From Camelus dromedarius (Eukaryota): 64,000 nt of DNA. Numbering within the stretch: the stretch's first letter is position 1; the number at the start of each line of letters is the position of its first letter. Positions 1 to 13,905 of this stretch are shown in pieces. The position numbers and the translations under genes were made by a program. The DNA lies in the NCBI RefSeq assembly GCF_036321535.1, contig NC_087437.1, positions 112,656,001-112,720,000 on the forward strand, in the 5' to 3' direction. The notes under the pieces were generated by a model, which saw only the letters and a program-made list of their open reading frames with translations, was not told the DNA's origin and did not search any database.

Positions 1-149
1 GATGATTCCATCTTTTCTTGTTTTAGTCCTCATTAGAAATCTTTCCTAAGTGAATCAAGTCATTTTTCCACTTTAAAGGGACGAGCATGTTGAATATAAT
101 TCAGTCATTCATTACCTTTAAAAAAATAATGTAAAGAACATCCATAAAC

Positions 150-345
150 TGAAAAGCACTGTGCCAAATGCTTTATGCACATTAACTCCTTCAATGCTCA
201 CCTTCTTCCCCATAAGAGGACTCTTATTTTCTCTATGTTATAGATGGGGAGGAAGCTCAGGGGCCGTTAGTGACTTGCTCAGGATAACTCATCAGTGATA
301 GAGCTAAGAGTTGGACTGAGGTCTTTCTGGTTTTAAGGTAGACAT
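150..345 (-). mobile_element. MIR SINE relic
   Basis: gcactgtgccaaatgctttat ... agatggggaggaagctcag ... gtgacttgctcagg core. Confidence 0.6.
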
Positions 346-778
346 TCTTAAAATTTGCTCTAGAAACTTCAGTTAATTGTAGTGTATAGGTACTTGTGTT
401 CGTTCCATTTAATTAAGGTTTTACTGCTAAGATGCAGGAATATTTATCGGGTATCTGCTTTGCCAGACACCGCATCGGTCCCAGTCAGCCCCCACAACCA
501 CCTGTGTGGTAGAGACTGTCTCAGAGTTGTGAGGGAGTAGATACCCAGAGAGGTTATATTTCTCACCCGTGGTTTACAGCTTACCAAACAGCAGAGCTGA
601 GATCAAATTGAAATCATCTAACACTAAATTCCATGTTTTTTTATTCTTTCTCCCATACCATGTTGAACTTTGAGTGTTCTCTGACTTTTCACAGGTGATT
701 TTGAAATCTGTCCTAAAATTGATTTGTGGCATTAGCAAGAATAAACAACCACTATTAGCAACATTAATGCTATTTAAA

Positions 779-1423
779 TGTTGGGTCCACTTGCTCAGAC
801 GGAGTAAGGCCAATCGACTGCCACCTGGCTGTGGTGAAGGAAAGTGCAGCATTTATCGTGAGGTGCCAGACGAGGAGTCTGGAGCACTAATGAAAACTCC
901 AGCTCCCTGTTAGGTTTCAGGGAAACATTTTTAAAGGCAAAGTGAGGAAGGGAGATTGCAGGGAGTGTGGTCAGCTTGTGTACAATTCTCTGATTGATGG
1001 TGAGGTGACAGGGTGGTGTCATGGGGTTAGTGTTATCAATCCTTAGGCTCCAGCTTGTCTGGGGACTACGTGCTTATGGTCATCATGTAGTTAACTCCTT
1101 CCATTTGGTGGGAGTTTTATCTTCTGTAAAACAACTCAAGAAATGCATGTCAGATACTGTTATCTAGGTACTTCAAGGAGGAACTAAAGATTCTATGATT
1201 GCCCTGTGGCTGATTTACTATTTAAATTGTTACCAGTTCTGGTTGAACTGCTACTTTTGTGACTGCACGATCATATCCTTTCAATCATTAATTCTTGAGC
1301 CAGGCTTTAGTGACTCAGCAGAGTCCTGGGAGATGATGGCTTTTCTACAAACAAGAGGCAGGCAGAGGACATGTGGGGAGACGTCTGTCCTGGGAAGGCC
1401 CCCTAGAGTTCTGCTTGGGTACA
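779..1423. mobile_element. Probable ERV-class solo LTR
   Basis: TG...CA ends (tgttggg ... cttgggtaca), about 645 bp, with text resembling laurasiatherian ERV1-type LTRs from memory; no clean TSD. Confidence 0.5.
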
Positions 1424-2802
1424 AAAACACTGGGTATTTTGGTAGTTATCTTTTCAATAATTTAAATTTCTAGCAAGTTTTTGTAATGTGGCATCTAACT
1501 TTTTGGTTAATGAGTTTTTTTAAGTCTATGTAAATGCTCAGGAATTTGGCAAAAAACTATGACTTGATAAGTGTAATCTTGGACACCTTCTTTGTAACAC
1601 CCTACATTCCTGGGGTGCAGGAGAGAGATAATTAGCTTCTTGACAAACAGGAGCTGGAATCGGCTAAACAGTTTAAAATGAGAGAGTTGTTGCAGAAGCA
1701 TTCACAGCAGAGTGGACCTCGGTGCTTTTTTTATTAGGAAACTTTTAAAATTGAAACGGTAAATTCATATAGGTACTTTTCAAGTGTTGGGAGCCATTTC
1801 TGTGCTTTAAAAAGTGTACATAGTCAGTATAAATGCATAGATAACATACATAAATGATAATCCAGTAGTTCAATTCATGATTAAAATTCTACTTTAACGT
1901 GCTTGAAATAGAAACTTTTGTTGAAATGAAAGGAAATTGCAAATGGGGCGTTAGTTGTCTTCTGTCCTGGAAATGGAATGCCATTTTTACGGTCAGCTCA
2001 GCCATACTGAGCCTGTCGTGTGTAAATTGCCCGATTTAGACATCTATCTGGCTCTTAACAAGCCCTGGGTACCAAGCGGGTGATACTGTGTGGGAACTAA
2101 TCTGAGAAACTAATCACTAAGGAGGTCTGCACCCAGACTGACTGCTAGCAGGGCTTCCTCGGCTCAGAGGTGCTGCGGGGAAAGGCCGGCCCTGGACCAC
2201 TGTCAGAAGCAGGGCCCCTGATGCTGACTTGCCGCCGCCCCGGGAATGGTTTCATGTTGGGACAGCTCTCTGGGAAACTCTGTTTGTGGGAATTTGAACT
2301 TCCTAGAATGAAATAATTTCCTTTCGTTAAGAAATACATCCTGTATCTTGGTGTATAAAAAGTTACACATTTTAAAGAATTAATATCTTTAAAGGCAGTT
2401 TGCCTTTAGCATTGCTTTTCAGACCAAAAGATTTGGAATGTTCTAGAAGTTTAGAAAGGCCTGGACATTATTGTATCACCTCAGTGCCAAGGAGCTTTTC
2501 CGTACTTTTGTAGAACCTTTAAATTATTAAATTGTATATATAACCTGAAACAGTCTCTTGGTCTCTTGTGTTTACCCTCGCTTCTGAAAAAATAATGAGC
2601 TTATTTGTTTCAAGAGAAAGGTTTATAACCTTAAAAAATGGAAATAACCATTACAGAAAATTCAGAAATAGTCATCAAATAGTGAATAAAATGCTAAAGC
2701 TCGTTTTCTGGAGACTTGTTAGTTTCCTGTTTTTTAAGGACTTAACGTAGGTTATTCCTTACTGTTCATCCTTTTTCCCTCTCCTTCCTGCTTTCCCCAC
2801 AG

Positions 2803-2903
2803 CATCCCTCCAGCCGCAGAGTGGGCCGTTCCCCAGTCTTCCAGACTGAAATACAGACAGTTATTCAATAGTCATGACAAATCCATGAGTGGACACTTAA
2901 CAG
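2803..2903 (+). CDS. ITSN1: ITSN1 exon 8 (start of EH2): [33 protein letters not shown]
   Basis: Polypyrimidine tract plus ccacag acceptor; G|gtactt donor; 101 nt, phase 2 to 1. Confidence 0.96.
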
Positions 2904-5337
2904 GTACTTACAAATAAGAATTAATTGAATGAAATATGATCTCTGTTCTGAATGCACTTTGTTTCTAGCTGTTGGGCCAAAGAGTTTCCAAATGTCTCTA
3001 TCTGTTTACTTTTTTTCTAAACAGGATTTTTCATTGTCCCTCTTATCTCAACTTCTTATTTACTGGTAAGGCTGTAGTTTCTCTACTTTCCAGTGCCTCA
3101 GGCTTTTGCCCCAGTGCTTCTTGGTGAATAGAACCTAGACCAAGGATCCTTCAGCACACCAAATGCCACTAGTGTGCAAATCCAAGCACTAGCGAAGAAA
3201 CCCTGCTGTCAACAAGGACTGGTTCACTTTCTGAAGTTCAACTTTGTAGGTGAACTTGAAATTGCCTACAAAGAATCAGCAGTAATACAGAATTAAAGGT
3301 TTTTTGGAACTCGGCTTTGCCACTAACCAGCTGGAGGTCACTTTACCTGTTTGGATCTTATTTCTTTATGTATAAAAGGCCAGAATTATGTTATATGGTC
3401 TCTAAGGATTTTTAAAAAAAGGTTCTGTTGTCTACATCTGAGGCATACAAAGGATTTCATGATATTAATCCAGAAATCTTTCTAATAAGGGGTTAAACAC
3501 TTAACATTGATTAGAAAGTTATAAAGAAAAGCATACTTTTAATAAAGGAAAATAGGGACCTCTGGTATGAACATTAAATGTAAAAGGCGGGGAAATATAA
3601 CTGCTTTTTAACAAATATGAAGGGGGGGTGGAGAATGGGTTAATTTTCCTGGGATGGAGAAGCACTGATACTTAACACAAAACACTTTTAATTTCTGATT
3701 CTTACTTTTTTTTTTTTTTTTGCTATCACTTACAATTGCAATTTTTACTTCTAAAAGAAAAATTCATCCTTGTTTACAAATGTCCGGATTGGATGAAATT
3801 TTTTGAAGGGTTTTGATCTAATCTTGAGCCCTGTCCTAGGAAAGAGTCTTAGCAGTAATCGCAAACAAGCACGTATTTGTATTGGAAACGGTGAATTATG
3901 AGTATCCGCAAGTTCTCTATATGTTTTGCTCACTCTGCTAAAGGAGTAGCTGTCACTCTTAAGCACAACATGAAAAACCAGGCGAGCTCATTTGGGCACT
4001 GAAGGAATATTCAGCGGTATAGTTTTAAGTACAGTTTAATGTGATTTGACACCAGTGCATCATACAAACCCAGACCTATATTGTCAGTGAATCTGAAAAC
4101 GTTTCTTCAAAGCATTGTTGGTGTTTGCTGTGAGTTACTTAAAATAGTATTCAGATGCAACATTTATGCAGAAAGTCTCTTTTCTTGGTAGGATGTGTGT
4201 TTTATGACTGAAGTGTAACACCTATATCCCAAAGTCACTTGGATATTTAAAACTTTTAATCTCTGAGGCAGAAAATAAAATTTGAAACATACTAGAAAGA
4301 GCAGACTTTGGCTACTGTTTATCTCTATACTTATTACTGTTTTGCCCTGGAAAGAATTTAAGCTGGGAATTTCATTTTCATTTGTTGAGATAGATGAAAT
4401 ACAAAGATTATTGTTACAGGCACAACTATGAAAATAATTGTATGAATCCTCAACCCCCAAAGCAGTTACTCATTCAGCTTAAGAATAAGAAGAATGACAA
4501 GAAAGTTTGAAAAACGGTCTGGAATGTAAAGAGGCACAAGTGAAATGTTTACTTTAATTCTTGTGAATGCCATCAGATTCTGGCTGCGTCTGCAAGAATA
4601 TGTTGTTAGGCGTAAGAATGCCATGGATTGGTCCCAAGAGAGGGAAGTGAGAACCTCTGAGCATGTAATGTGAGCCTATTCACTGTGGGAAGTGATGCTA
4701 ATCTCTCAGGGGCACAATTTACCCCACTGATTACCTGGGTTTATTTAGCTGATACACCTGCTTAGGTGGGCACCCCCTTGTTCCTCCACAGCTTGATGTG
4801 TATGCTGTTGTGTGCTCTTAAAAGAGACACTCTTACAAAAGAGAGAAGGAGATACTCTTTAATCAAAGTTACATAAGCAGTTCTAGAATTCTGGTAAGGC
4901 TGTTACTGCTTTTCCTCTGAGAAGAGGTATTGTATTAGCTCCTTGCATTCTGAAACAGTGAATGGGTTATTTAGTTATTCATATATTAATCACAAAAGCT
5001 AAAGGCCTGGTCATTTTGGACGAAAGCATTAACTTCACTGAATTATCTCTGTCCTTTTCATTCACGCTTCCCTACCCAAACACGGATGCCCACTGTAAGG
5101 TCTGTGAACTTGAGATTTCTGTTTATCCCCATAATGTTTCCTTATAAGCCAGTACTCCTTTCATGCACATAGGCTCCTACAGGATGGTTCCGTGCACACA
5201 CAGCTTGATTTTATGATGTCCTGTTATGCTAAGCTACTGTCTTTGCTGTTGCTGATCTAACTTAACGTTTCACAACCTTGTCTTAGGATTTAGAGTCAGG
5301 CATTAAAGTTGCAAAAGACAGTTGTGATCTTCTAGTG

Positions 5338-5554
5338 CAGGGCTCGATGGGCTGTTTCGCTAAAGAGCAAAACAGTAAACATTTTAGGCTTGCAGTCCTA
5401 CGCTATCGTAACTGCTCAGCTTAGCTGTTGAAGTACGAAAGCCGCCATCCACATATTGTGCTTAAGTGAATGGGTGTGGCTATGTTTCAGTAAAACTTTA
5501 CAAAAGCAGGTGGCAGGCCCAGTATGGCCGATGGCCTGTGGTTTGTCAGTCTCT
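5338..5554. mobile_element. MER58A-like hAT-Charlie MITE
   Basis: cagggctcg ... gtaaacattttaggcttgc ... gtaaaactttacaaaagcaggtggcaggcc ... gtttgtcagtctctg. Confidence 0.7.
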
Positions 5555-6758
5555 GTTCTAGATCATTTCCCTCATTTCAGATACAAAGGAACTTCCTCTT
5601 AGAGAGGAAAGTAGTTTTGTTAATGTCACATGTCATTAGGGAGTGGAAAAGTCAGAACTGGAATCCATATCTCCCGACATCCAGGTCCAGGGCTTGTTCT
5701 TTTCATGTCTCGTTACACTTTTTACTGAGAGTAGATGAAATACGAACTTTCTTTTATATAGTTCTGAAGTAGGCAGAATTGTTTTAAGTGTCAAGTAAAT
5801 CATTCACTAACGTTTTGCCAATTCTGCTTTAATGTTGCCATGTTGCCAACATTTTAAATACAGTGATAGAGACGAAATACAATGATCGGTGAACTTTCCT
5901 CATTCCAGCAAAACCACAGAACAAGCAAAATTTTATAGGTGGTTATCGTCCCAACACAGTTTCTACCACTTTCCATTCCTTGGTCTACCTGTCATCCTGG
6001 GACCACACCTTGGGAGTCAATGGTAGAATAAGGCATTTGTCTCTCCGTGACACTGGTTTATTTAAACACACAACACCAGACGCATAGCCTTTGTCTGGTA
6101 TCTAAGGCTAGTTTCATGCCAGAAATAAAGACATTTACAAGTCTTTTAAGAAATGAGGGCTGATTTTGAGAGGAGAGTTGAAATTCCAGGAATTCTTCTT
6201 TATCGCTAACCTAGGAAATGGCTGTGATATTAGCCATTTGTATAACCTTGAGCAAGTCTATTTTTGTTTGTTTGTTTGTTTGTGTAATGGAATGGGTAGA
6301 AGAGTTCTCTCTAAGGTCCCTTCCTCCTCTGAGATTCTTTGAATCTTGTCTGAATTTGACAGTCATCAGGTGGAGGCTTCAGGTGGTGGCAGATGTTGAA
6401 TTTAGAGAGAATAAGCTTCAGCTTGGTAAATAAAAACCCAATACAAATAGAGACGGTAACTTGGACAAAAGAGCACGTTATGTTTTGAAACTCTAAACTC
6501 TTACATACTCATTCTTTATGAAATATCCATTGAACAAAAATGTATTGACAATATGCCAGATGCTGTGCTGTGCTGCGTGTTTCTCCCCTTTTTCATTGGG
6601 GCTTGTTTTCCTTTATAAAAGCCCTTTAGGTAGTAGCAAATATTGTTTCAAGCACTGTCATTGCATGAGATTGCACGGTATGCATACAGAACACTGATCT
6701 GCCTAGACAGTGAAGGTTTGCTAATTCATCTTTTATTTTTTTCCCGGTTTTTGTTTAG

Positions 6759-6822
6759 GTCCTCAAGCAAGAACTATTCTTATGCAGTCAAGTTTACCAC
6801 AGGCTCAGCTGGCTTCAATATG
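6759..6822 (+). CDS. ITSN1: ITSN1 exon 9 (EH2): [22 protein letters not shown]
   Basis: tttag acceptor, TG|gtaagg donor; 64 nt, phase 1 to 2. Confidence 0.96.
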
Positions 6823-7492
6823 GTAAGGAATGAAAAATCTCCTTGGTTTGCATAAAGTGGAAACTTTGTTTCTTAAATTGATATGGCCTCATGAATCTTT
6901 AGGTTAATACTGTTATTTATAATGGAGTATATGGAGTGTACTTACTTTTCAGTGAGCTGTAAGATTACCTCATTAAAGGTCATGATTACCTCTCTTTTTC
7001 CCCTTTTGATTTTGAAAAATACAAAAATAGATTAATATAATGAATTCTCAAGAACTCAGCACACTTTAAATAAGTCTCAGTTCACTGCTAACTCTGGTTC
7101 TCCCTTCCTCCTTTCAATTATTTGAAGTCACATCTGTCATTGTATCATTTTCATCTGTAAATATTTTTGCTTGTATCTCCAAAAGACATAGGGATTTTTT
7201 TTCTACATGACTATAATACGAATAGTAATAGAGTATTGAAGTACTGAAACTTTTAATACTAATTCTTATCAGTAAGTTAATCAGATAATATTTAAATTCC
7301 TTAGATTACTTCATAATTTTTTATAGTCGATTTGTTCAAATCAGGACTGAAATATACCTGTATTTTGTAACAGTTGGTTGATACCTCTTTTATTTAAGTC
7401 TTTAACCTAAAAATTCCTGCTTGTCTTGTTCTCTAATCCTTTCCCACCTCACCCCTGGAAAAAACCCCAGATCATTTGTCCTATAGTTTCTT

Positions 7493-7590
7493 TTCTTTTT
7501 GTTTTTTAATTGAAGTGCTGTCGGTTACAATGTGTCAGTCTCTGGTGCACAGCACAACGTCCCAGTCTTGCATATACATACATAAATTCG
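7493..7590 (-). mobile_element. Very short 5'-truncated lineage-specific L1 3' end with TSD
   Basis: T tail plus ttgaagtgctgtcggttacaatgtgtcag...; 17-bp TSD ttgtcct(a/g)tagtttctt at 7476-7492 and 7591-7607. Confidence 0.7.
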
Positions 7591-7687
7591 TTGTCCTGTA
7601 GTTTCTTATAGTCTAACTTTTGATGGCTGCATCCTTGTGATTTTGATTCAGTCTTGTATTTCCGGTAGATTGGTAATTAGATCTAGG

Positions 7688-7902
7688 GAAAGGTTTCTCC
7701 ACCTCCATTCTACTGACGTTTTAGGCCCGGTTACTCTGTTGTCGGGGGCTCTTCTGTGGATTGTAGATTGTTAAGTAGCATCTCTGGCCTCCTCCTACTG
7801 TAGTAACATAATCCCTACCCCCAGCTGTGACAATCAGAAGTGTCTCCAGACACTGACAAATCAGTGTGCAGTACAAAAATCAGTCAGTGGTTGAGAAGCA
7901 CT
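7688..7902. mobile_element. MER20-like hAT-Charlie element
   Basis: ggtttctccacc ... agcatctctggcctc ... gtgacaatcagaagtgtctccagacactg ... ggttgagaagcact. Confidence 0.75.
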
Positions 7903-8884
7903 CATCAGATTCAAGTTTGAATTACATCAGAGAAGTTACAGTGTACTTTTCAGGAGGTGCATAAATGTCTCTTTGTCTATTTTGTAATGATTTTTAGTAG
8001 CTATTAGTGAACATTGCCTAATTCCTACAGGGCTCCTTACATTTAAATGTTGACTAAAATGATATCTTAAGAAGTATGTATCTCTCAGTTATGTGTTATC
8101 CATTGATTCTGCCTGGAAAATAAACCCGGTCTATACGGTTTACCTGCTAGGTTTGTGATTATGCTGCAGGTACGTTGATGTGGTTGTTCCATAAATGAAC
8201 AAGCTGTAGTGCCGCTCTCTTGGCCCATCCTGGTCCCTTCTGCTTTGTATTAAAGGGTCTGCCTTTTGCAATAGGATAATAATAGATCAGTTAATAAACA
8301 TCTTATATCTATGACACATCCAGACTTCTTTAAGTCTGGGTGTGTTTCGGTATCCTAGGGCTCTCTGAAATAAACACTGAAGACCTAACATTTTTGAGGT
8401 TGGTGGTTCTCATGACTCTAGAATATAATGAAATGTTTAAGTTTCTCATTTATAACCTGCCCTCATTGAAAAAAAATATTTGAGTCTTCTCCTACTAGAA
8501 TATTATATTCTTCTACATGATAAACAGATGCTTTAAATATTTACAGCCACTCTTTAGGCGAGTGTGGGGGAAAAACAGGAATTTAATCACACTTACCTAG
8601 GAGTGGGCAGTGGTGGGGCATGGGAAGGAAGAGAGAACAGGGTGAAACAGGCAGGGTTTTCATTTGTGACTCTGTTCTGCTTAAAAACAGGAGTCTGGCC
8701 GGTCTGGAGAAGGCAAAGCTAGAGGGGCAGGAAAGAGATCAGTGGTTGCTGGGGCTGGGGGCAAAGGAAGGGGTGACTGTAAAGAGACATGGGGGAATTT
8801 GGGGTGATCATCAAACTGTTCTATATATTGTAGTAGTTACGCAACTGAATGTTTGTCAAAACTTGCTGGTGGGGGTTGGAGGGT

Positions 8885-8981
8885 GGGGTGAGTAAAGCTC
8901 AGTGGTAGAGCACATGCTCAGCATGCATGAAGTCCTAGGTTCAATCCCCAGTACCTCCATTCAAAAATTAAAAACAAAAAA
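8885..8981 (+). mobile_element. Camelid tRNA-derived SINE (Vic-1-like), nested in an old L1M 3' fragment (about 8700-9045)
   Basis: A box agctcagtggtagag, B box ggttcaatccc, cagtacctcc, A tail. Confidence 0.85.
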
Positions 8982-9370
8982 TATTTGCAGAACTATATTC
9001 TAAAAGGGGCAAATGTTACTATAAGGAAATTTTACCTGTAAAAGGAAGAAAAAGAGGTTATGGCACCTGAGGAATTTCAGATTTAAGAGGAGTTTCTTGA
9101 TTTATGGCATCAGCAAAGCCAGTTGCCCAGCGTAACATCTGTCCTGTTGGCGTTTTGGTGAACAGCTTTGTGGCCTTGTGTCCTCTTTTAGTGTCCAGAA
9201 GTTGTGAAGTAAAATCAGATTCTGCAACTTGGTAAAAAATCTGTTTACTTAGGTCCTAGAGCAAGTTGATTACGAAGAATGGTAGCAATTGAATGCTGAG
9301 ATTAAGGAGCAGAAAATACCTTTCCTCTGTGGCTGGAGGCCATAAAGATCCACCCCCTGTAGGTCTGGAT

Positions 9371-9555
9371 CAGGGGTTGGTCCACCGAGCTGAATCTGGC
9401 CTGCACCTATTTTTCTAAATGAAGTTTTATTTTAAAAACAACCATGCCCATTCAATTATTTGTATATTGTCTATGGCTGCTCTCCTGCTCAACAGTAGAA
9501 TTCAGTGTGATAGAAATTGTGTGTACAGCAAAGCTTAAGTATTTACTCTCTGACC
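9371..9555. mobile_element. MER58-like MITE
   Basis: caggggttgg ... aagttttatt ... tatattgtctatggctgct ... aagtatttactctctgacc. Confidence 0.6.
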
Positions 9556-9880
9556 TGATACTTCACAGAGCGTAGTGTTTAAAGACACGTGGAATATGAG
9601 TATAATACATTTTAAATGAGTTTGCAAGGATTGAGAAGAATGTGATTACAATCATAGTTGACATTTGTTGAATGCTGAACACCATCCCAACTAGGAGGAT
9701 TGTCTCATTTTGTCTTTTCTACAGTGGTATGAAACAGGTACTACTTTTATAAACTGAGGCACTGTGAGACTCAGTTGGCCTGGAGTCAGAATAAGAAAAT
9801 AGAACGTTTAAGTCACTCATGAATAGTAACAAGCAAGCACTTTCACGAAACTAGATTACAGTTAACTTTTTGTTGAACAG

Positions 9881-10018
9881 GAATCTTTCTGACATTGATC
9901 AAGATGGAAAACTCACAGCAGAAGAGTTTATCCTGGCTATGCACCTAATTGATGTAGCCATGTCTGGCCAACCACTGCCACCGGTCCTGCCTCCAGAATA
10001 CATTCCACCCTCCTTTAG
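9881..10018 (+). CDS. ITSN1: ITSN1 exon 10 (EH2 EF-hand [12 protein letters not shown] ... PPEYIPPSF)
   Basis: aacag acceptor, AG|gtaagg donor; 138 nt, phase 2 to 2. Confidence 0.97.
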
Positions 10019-11407
10019 GTAAGGAACATTTGCCTCTTAAAAGAAATTGTGTGCTGAGCATGTGAATTTCAAACTTGGCTTTGCAGGCTGTGTATCTTAC
10101 AGTCATTTTTATTCCCGGAAGGTAAATGAACTATCCATGAATTCAAGACAATCTTCTGTAGGTTCTGTGTTAATCTTTGCCTGTTCTGTTCTTTATTTAC
10201 AGTATATGAGCAAAATAATCAAGTAAAACCTAAAAAAAAATGGTGATTTTTGAGACAGTCCATATTATAGAAGCTCAACAAAACTTTAGCAGTTAAACTG
10301 TATCAACCTGTACACAGAAAATAAATCTAGGAGATTCTGCCTATGAATTCTATATATTTGAGAGATAACAAAATGCTGGCAATGTAGAAACTATGATCAG
10401 GAAGATAATTAAAGAAAATTGTGGTCTGAAACGCAATCTCAGTGGAGACGTTGAGAGGGTAGATCAGGGTCCAGTTGGGAGGAATCTGCAGTGACCGGTG
10501 TCCTCCACCTCCATATGTCTGCACGCATACACATCTCCCAGACAACTACATCTTAAGGCTTTAACTTAAAGGACAAATTTGAGACTTTTCAAGTGTAAAG
10601 AAGAGCAAAAGAAACACAGATGAGAATTTCTGCCCTAATCACTCAAATGTCAGGAAAGACTGGTGGGAAAGGCCCCATAAAAGTAAGAGAAATGGAGTCA
10701 TCGCTGTTTGCACATTCACGGTACAGGAAAGCGGAGAGAGCTGTGACTGTGCAGAAAGAGACTGGTAGCTGGGCAGTTTGTAAGATCTCACAGCTACAGG
10801 AATCACTACAAGAGACACTTAACACTGAGAGCTGATAAAAAAGCATAAAAAGAAGATAGGCAGATTGGTTTAAAAGAACAAGATTAGTGGTGTGAAGTGA
10901 AAGTAATCAGTAAACTAAGCGATTTGTTTTAAGGACTATGAAGTGTAGGCATTTCCTGTGTTGATTAAGAGAGAAAATGGAGAGACTTCTTAAAGGGAAA
11001 AGAGACGCTCCCAGTTAGCTGAGCTGCGAATCTTCCCTGGGAGGAATTTAATGTTCCATAGAGGTGATAACAGCGCACAGTCGCTCCGTCCCAGGTGCCG
11101 CCCTAGCCACTTGGTGATGAGTAGCTGATTTCATCCTTTGGAATTGCCTTCATTTTATTGATGATTCTAAACGTTTGAACAAGTTTGGCACTCAGAGTTT
11201 GATGATGTTCAGATATTCATTTTTTAAAAGCTCTTTGTAACTAGAAAAGACCAAATCTTTATCTTTTCCTCACTAAAAATGAAATTTACTCCATGCTACG
11301 TGACATAATCTTTAAAAATTTTTATTCATAATTTGCTCAGTTCTTCCTCGGCAGCTTTACGTGAATCCATTTATTTTTTTCTTTTTTCTTTTTTTTTGCA
11401 ATTGCAG

Positions 11408-11523
11408 AAGAGTTCGATCTGGCAGTGGGATATCTGTCATAAGCTCAACATCGGTAGATCAGAGGTTACCGGAGGAACCAGTTTTAGAAGACGAACAGCA
11501 ACAACTAGAAAAGAAACTACCTG
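11408..11523 (+). CDS. ITSN1: ITSN1 exon 11: [38 protein letters not shown]
   Basis: Long T tract plus tgcag acceptor, G|gtaagc donor; 116 nt, phase 2 to 1. Confidence 0.96.
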
Positions 11524-12139
11524 GTAAGCCAGTCTTTATATTTGACTTGTAGCTTATTAGAGATTTTCTATTTGTAAGGCAAAGATGGAGGTAAAAGTAA
11601 ATTTAGGTTTTGACATTCTTGCTACTATGTTCCTTTAACTTCACCTTAGTCAGAAAGAAGACACTTTTAATACACTTTGGGATTTGAATATATGTATAGA
11701 AATAAGAACATTATGTATTCTGCTACTGCACCCTTGTTCTAGCTTTTAAATTGAGGTCTGATTATTTACCACTTAACAGAAATTTTATAAATGTTATCTG
11801 TAAAACACTCAAACTTGATAAGCTTTTCAGGTGGTTGCTTAATACCACTGCAGAAGCAGAATGTAAAATTGCCCACTGTTATTTTCTCATGTTGTTAGAG
11901 AATTGGAAGCTCCTTGATAACAAGAAGCTATTTTAAATTTAGTATGAACCTAATTTAAATTATCATCATTTATAATGATAAATCATCACACTGTTAAAAT
12001 ATTCTGTGGTAGTTATGAATTATTAATGATGAGATGCGGATTGATATTCAGAAGTACTAATGACATGTATTATAGAGTCCCTTTATGTTACCCTTGTCAG
12101 TGTCATTTTGCTGTATTTTAAGTGTTTAAGGGATAATTG

Positions 12140-12479
12140 ACTTGCTGAGGACACTTGCTTCTCACAGTTCTGGAAAACAGGAAGTCCAAGATCAGGGTGC
12201 CGTTCAATTCTGTTCCTGGTGAGGGCGCTCTTCCCAACTTGCAGATGGCTGCATTCTCACTATGTCCTCATGTGGTCTTTCCTTGGTGTGTGCACATGAA
12301 AAGAAAAGGATAGCTTTCTCTTCCTTTTTTTGTAAGGCCACTAATTCATAATGAGGGCCCCATTGTTAGGACCTTATCTTAACCCCTGGCTACAACGGTC
12401 CCATCTCCAAATATCACCCACTGGGGCTTAGGGCTTCAACACATGAATTGGTAGGGTAGAAAACATTCAGTCCACGACA
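12140..12479. mobile_element. MaLR LTR (MLT1-like)
   Basis: ctcacagttctgga ... aagtccaagatcagggtgcc ... agggcttcaacacatgaatt ... acattcagtccacgaca. Confidence 0.8.
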
Positions 12480-12484
12480 TTGGC

Positions 12485-12700
12485 CTTACCTAGTCACTCT
12501 CTGTTCTCCCTTTCCCCCAGCCCCTGGAAATTACCAATCTGCTTCCTGTCTCTTTGGATTTACCTATTCTGGATATTTCATATAAATGGTGTGATGCAGT
12601 TGGTGACTTTTTTATGTCTGACTTTTTTCACTTAGCATAATATTTTTGCGATTCATTCACATTGTAGTATGTATCATTACTTCATTCTTTTCTCTGGCTG
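12485..12700 (-). mobile_element. L1M (L1MB-like) 3' UTR fragment
   Basis: ccccagcccctggaaattaccaatctgct ... atttacctattctggatatttcatataaatgg ... ttcacttagcataat. Confidence 0.7.
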
Positions 12701-13751
12701 AGGGGACTTTCAGTTTTAAGGTAGCAGAGTAAAAGGGATGCTGCCTTCTCTGAAATCATTAAAGGAGCAAGCAGAACAAGAAAATGAAATTTATTTGCAT
12801 CTTTGACCTCTAATCCCTAACTACTGTGTGTAAGGGAAGTCTGTCTAAAGCAGTGAAGGCCAGACAGGAATGTGGGAAGAAGCCAAGAATGGATGCTCAC
12901 AGCCACACATCTGAAGGCAAAGTATGAAAGGAAAATTCTTGAAATAGATCAGGAACAATGGGACGGCATGCTACACAGGCTGGCAGTGAGAGGTTCCCTT
13001 GTCTGGGTTGGCTCCAAGGACGCATGCGAGGCAAACACAAAATTGAATAGACACTGCTGAAAACATAGTAAGAGACATGGAGGATGGAAATTTTTTAAGT
13101 AAAATAAAGTGGATGTAAACAGTGTTAGCAAGGATTAGAGAAAAAAATAATTGACCTGGGAATAGATCTAAAATTCGTAATTGGTGTTCTGAAAGACGGA
13201 AACCGAATAATGGGTTAGAAAAAATTATTTACAGAATATCATCTACCTAACAATTAGGGCGCAACTTGCTCTTCAGTGTGAAACACAGGGTACTTACCTT
13301 CCTACCTCTGCTTTCAGAAAGCATCATGTTAAGATTGAAGCCACATCAGCACAGTTTTAAGCAAAGGGAAAAAAAGGTTGAAAGGGAGAGATTCATGTAT
13401 GAAAGGGATGGGGGTCAGGTGCTGAAATCAAAGTCATAGAAAAGGGAAAGGGCAGAGAACAGAGAAGGAATGGAGATGGAGCGATGATGCAGAATTGCTG
13501 TCGAGAGATTATTCTAGAAATCACGTTTGGTGTTTTGAACACCATGATTTGGCGTTCCTCCTGGAGGGGAGAATATGTAAACAAGAGGGTAGGTGGAGAG
13601 CATTTAAAAGGAGGGCATCTTCAGTGAGGGCAAGGCGGAAGGCAGCTTAGAGAGCTCTGGTTTGCAGTTAACACTACACATTTCAAATATACCATTGAGC
13701 TTTTCCTTTGACAATAGTATGTTGAAAAGCACAACTTTGTGGGTTCTTTCT

Positions 13752-13858
13752 GGGCAGGGTAATTAGGTTTCATTTATTTATTTTTAATGGAGGTACTAGG
13801 GATTGGACCCAGGACATTTTCCGTGCTAAGCAAGCGCTCTACCACTGAGCTATACCCT
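13752..13858 (-). mobile_element. Vic-1-like SINE
   Basis: gtaattaggttt ... ggaggtactagggattggaccc ... ctctaccactgagctataccc; ends about 47 nt upstream of exon 12. Confidence 0.85.
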
Positions 13859-13905
13859 TACTACCTGAAAATCACTTTCCCTCCCTGTTGTTTCTTGTTT
13901 TAAAG

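Noticed and set aside
8885..8960. tRNA-like A and B boxes in this and nine other copies
   Set aside because: SINE heads with tails and TSDs, not tRNA genes
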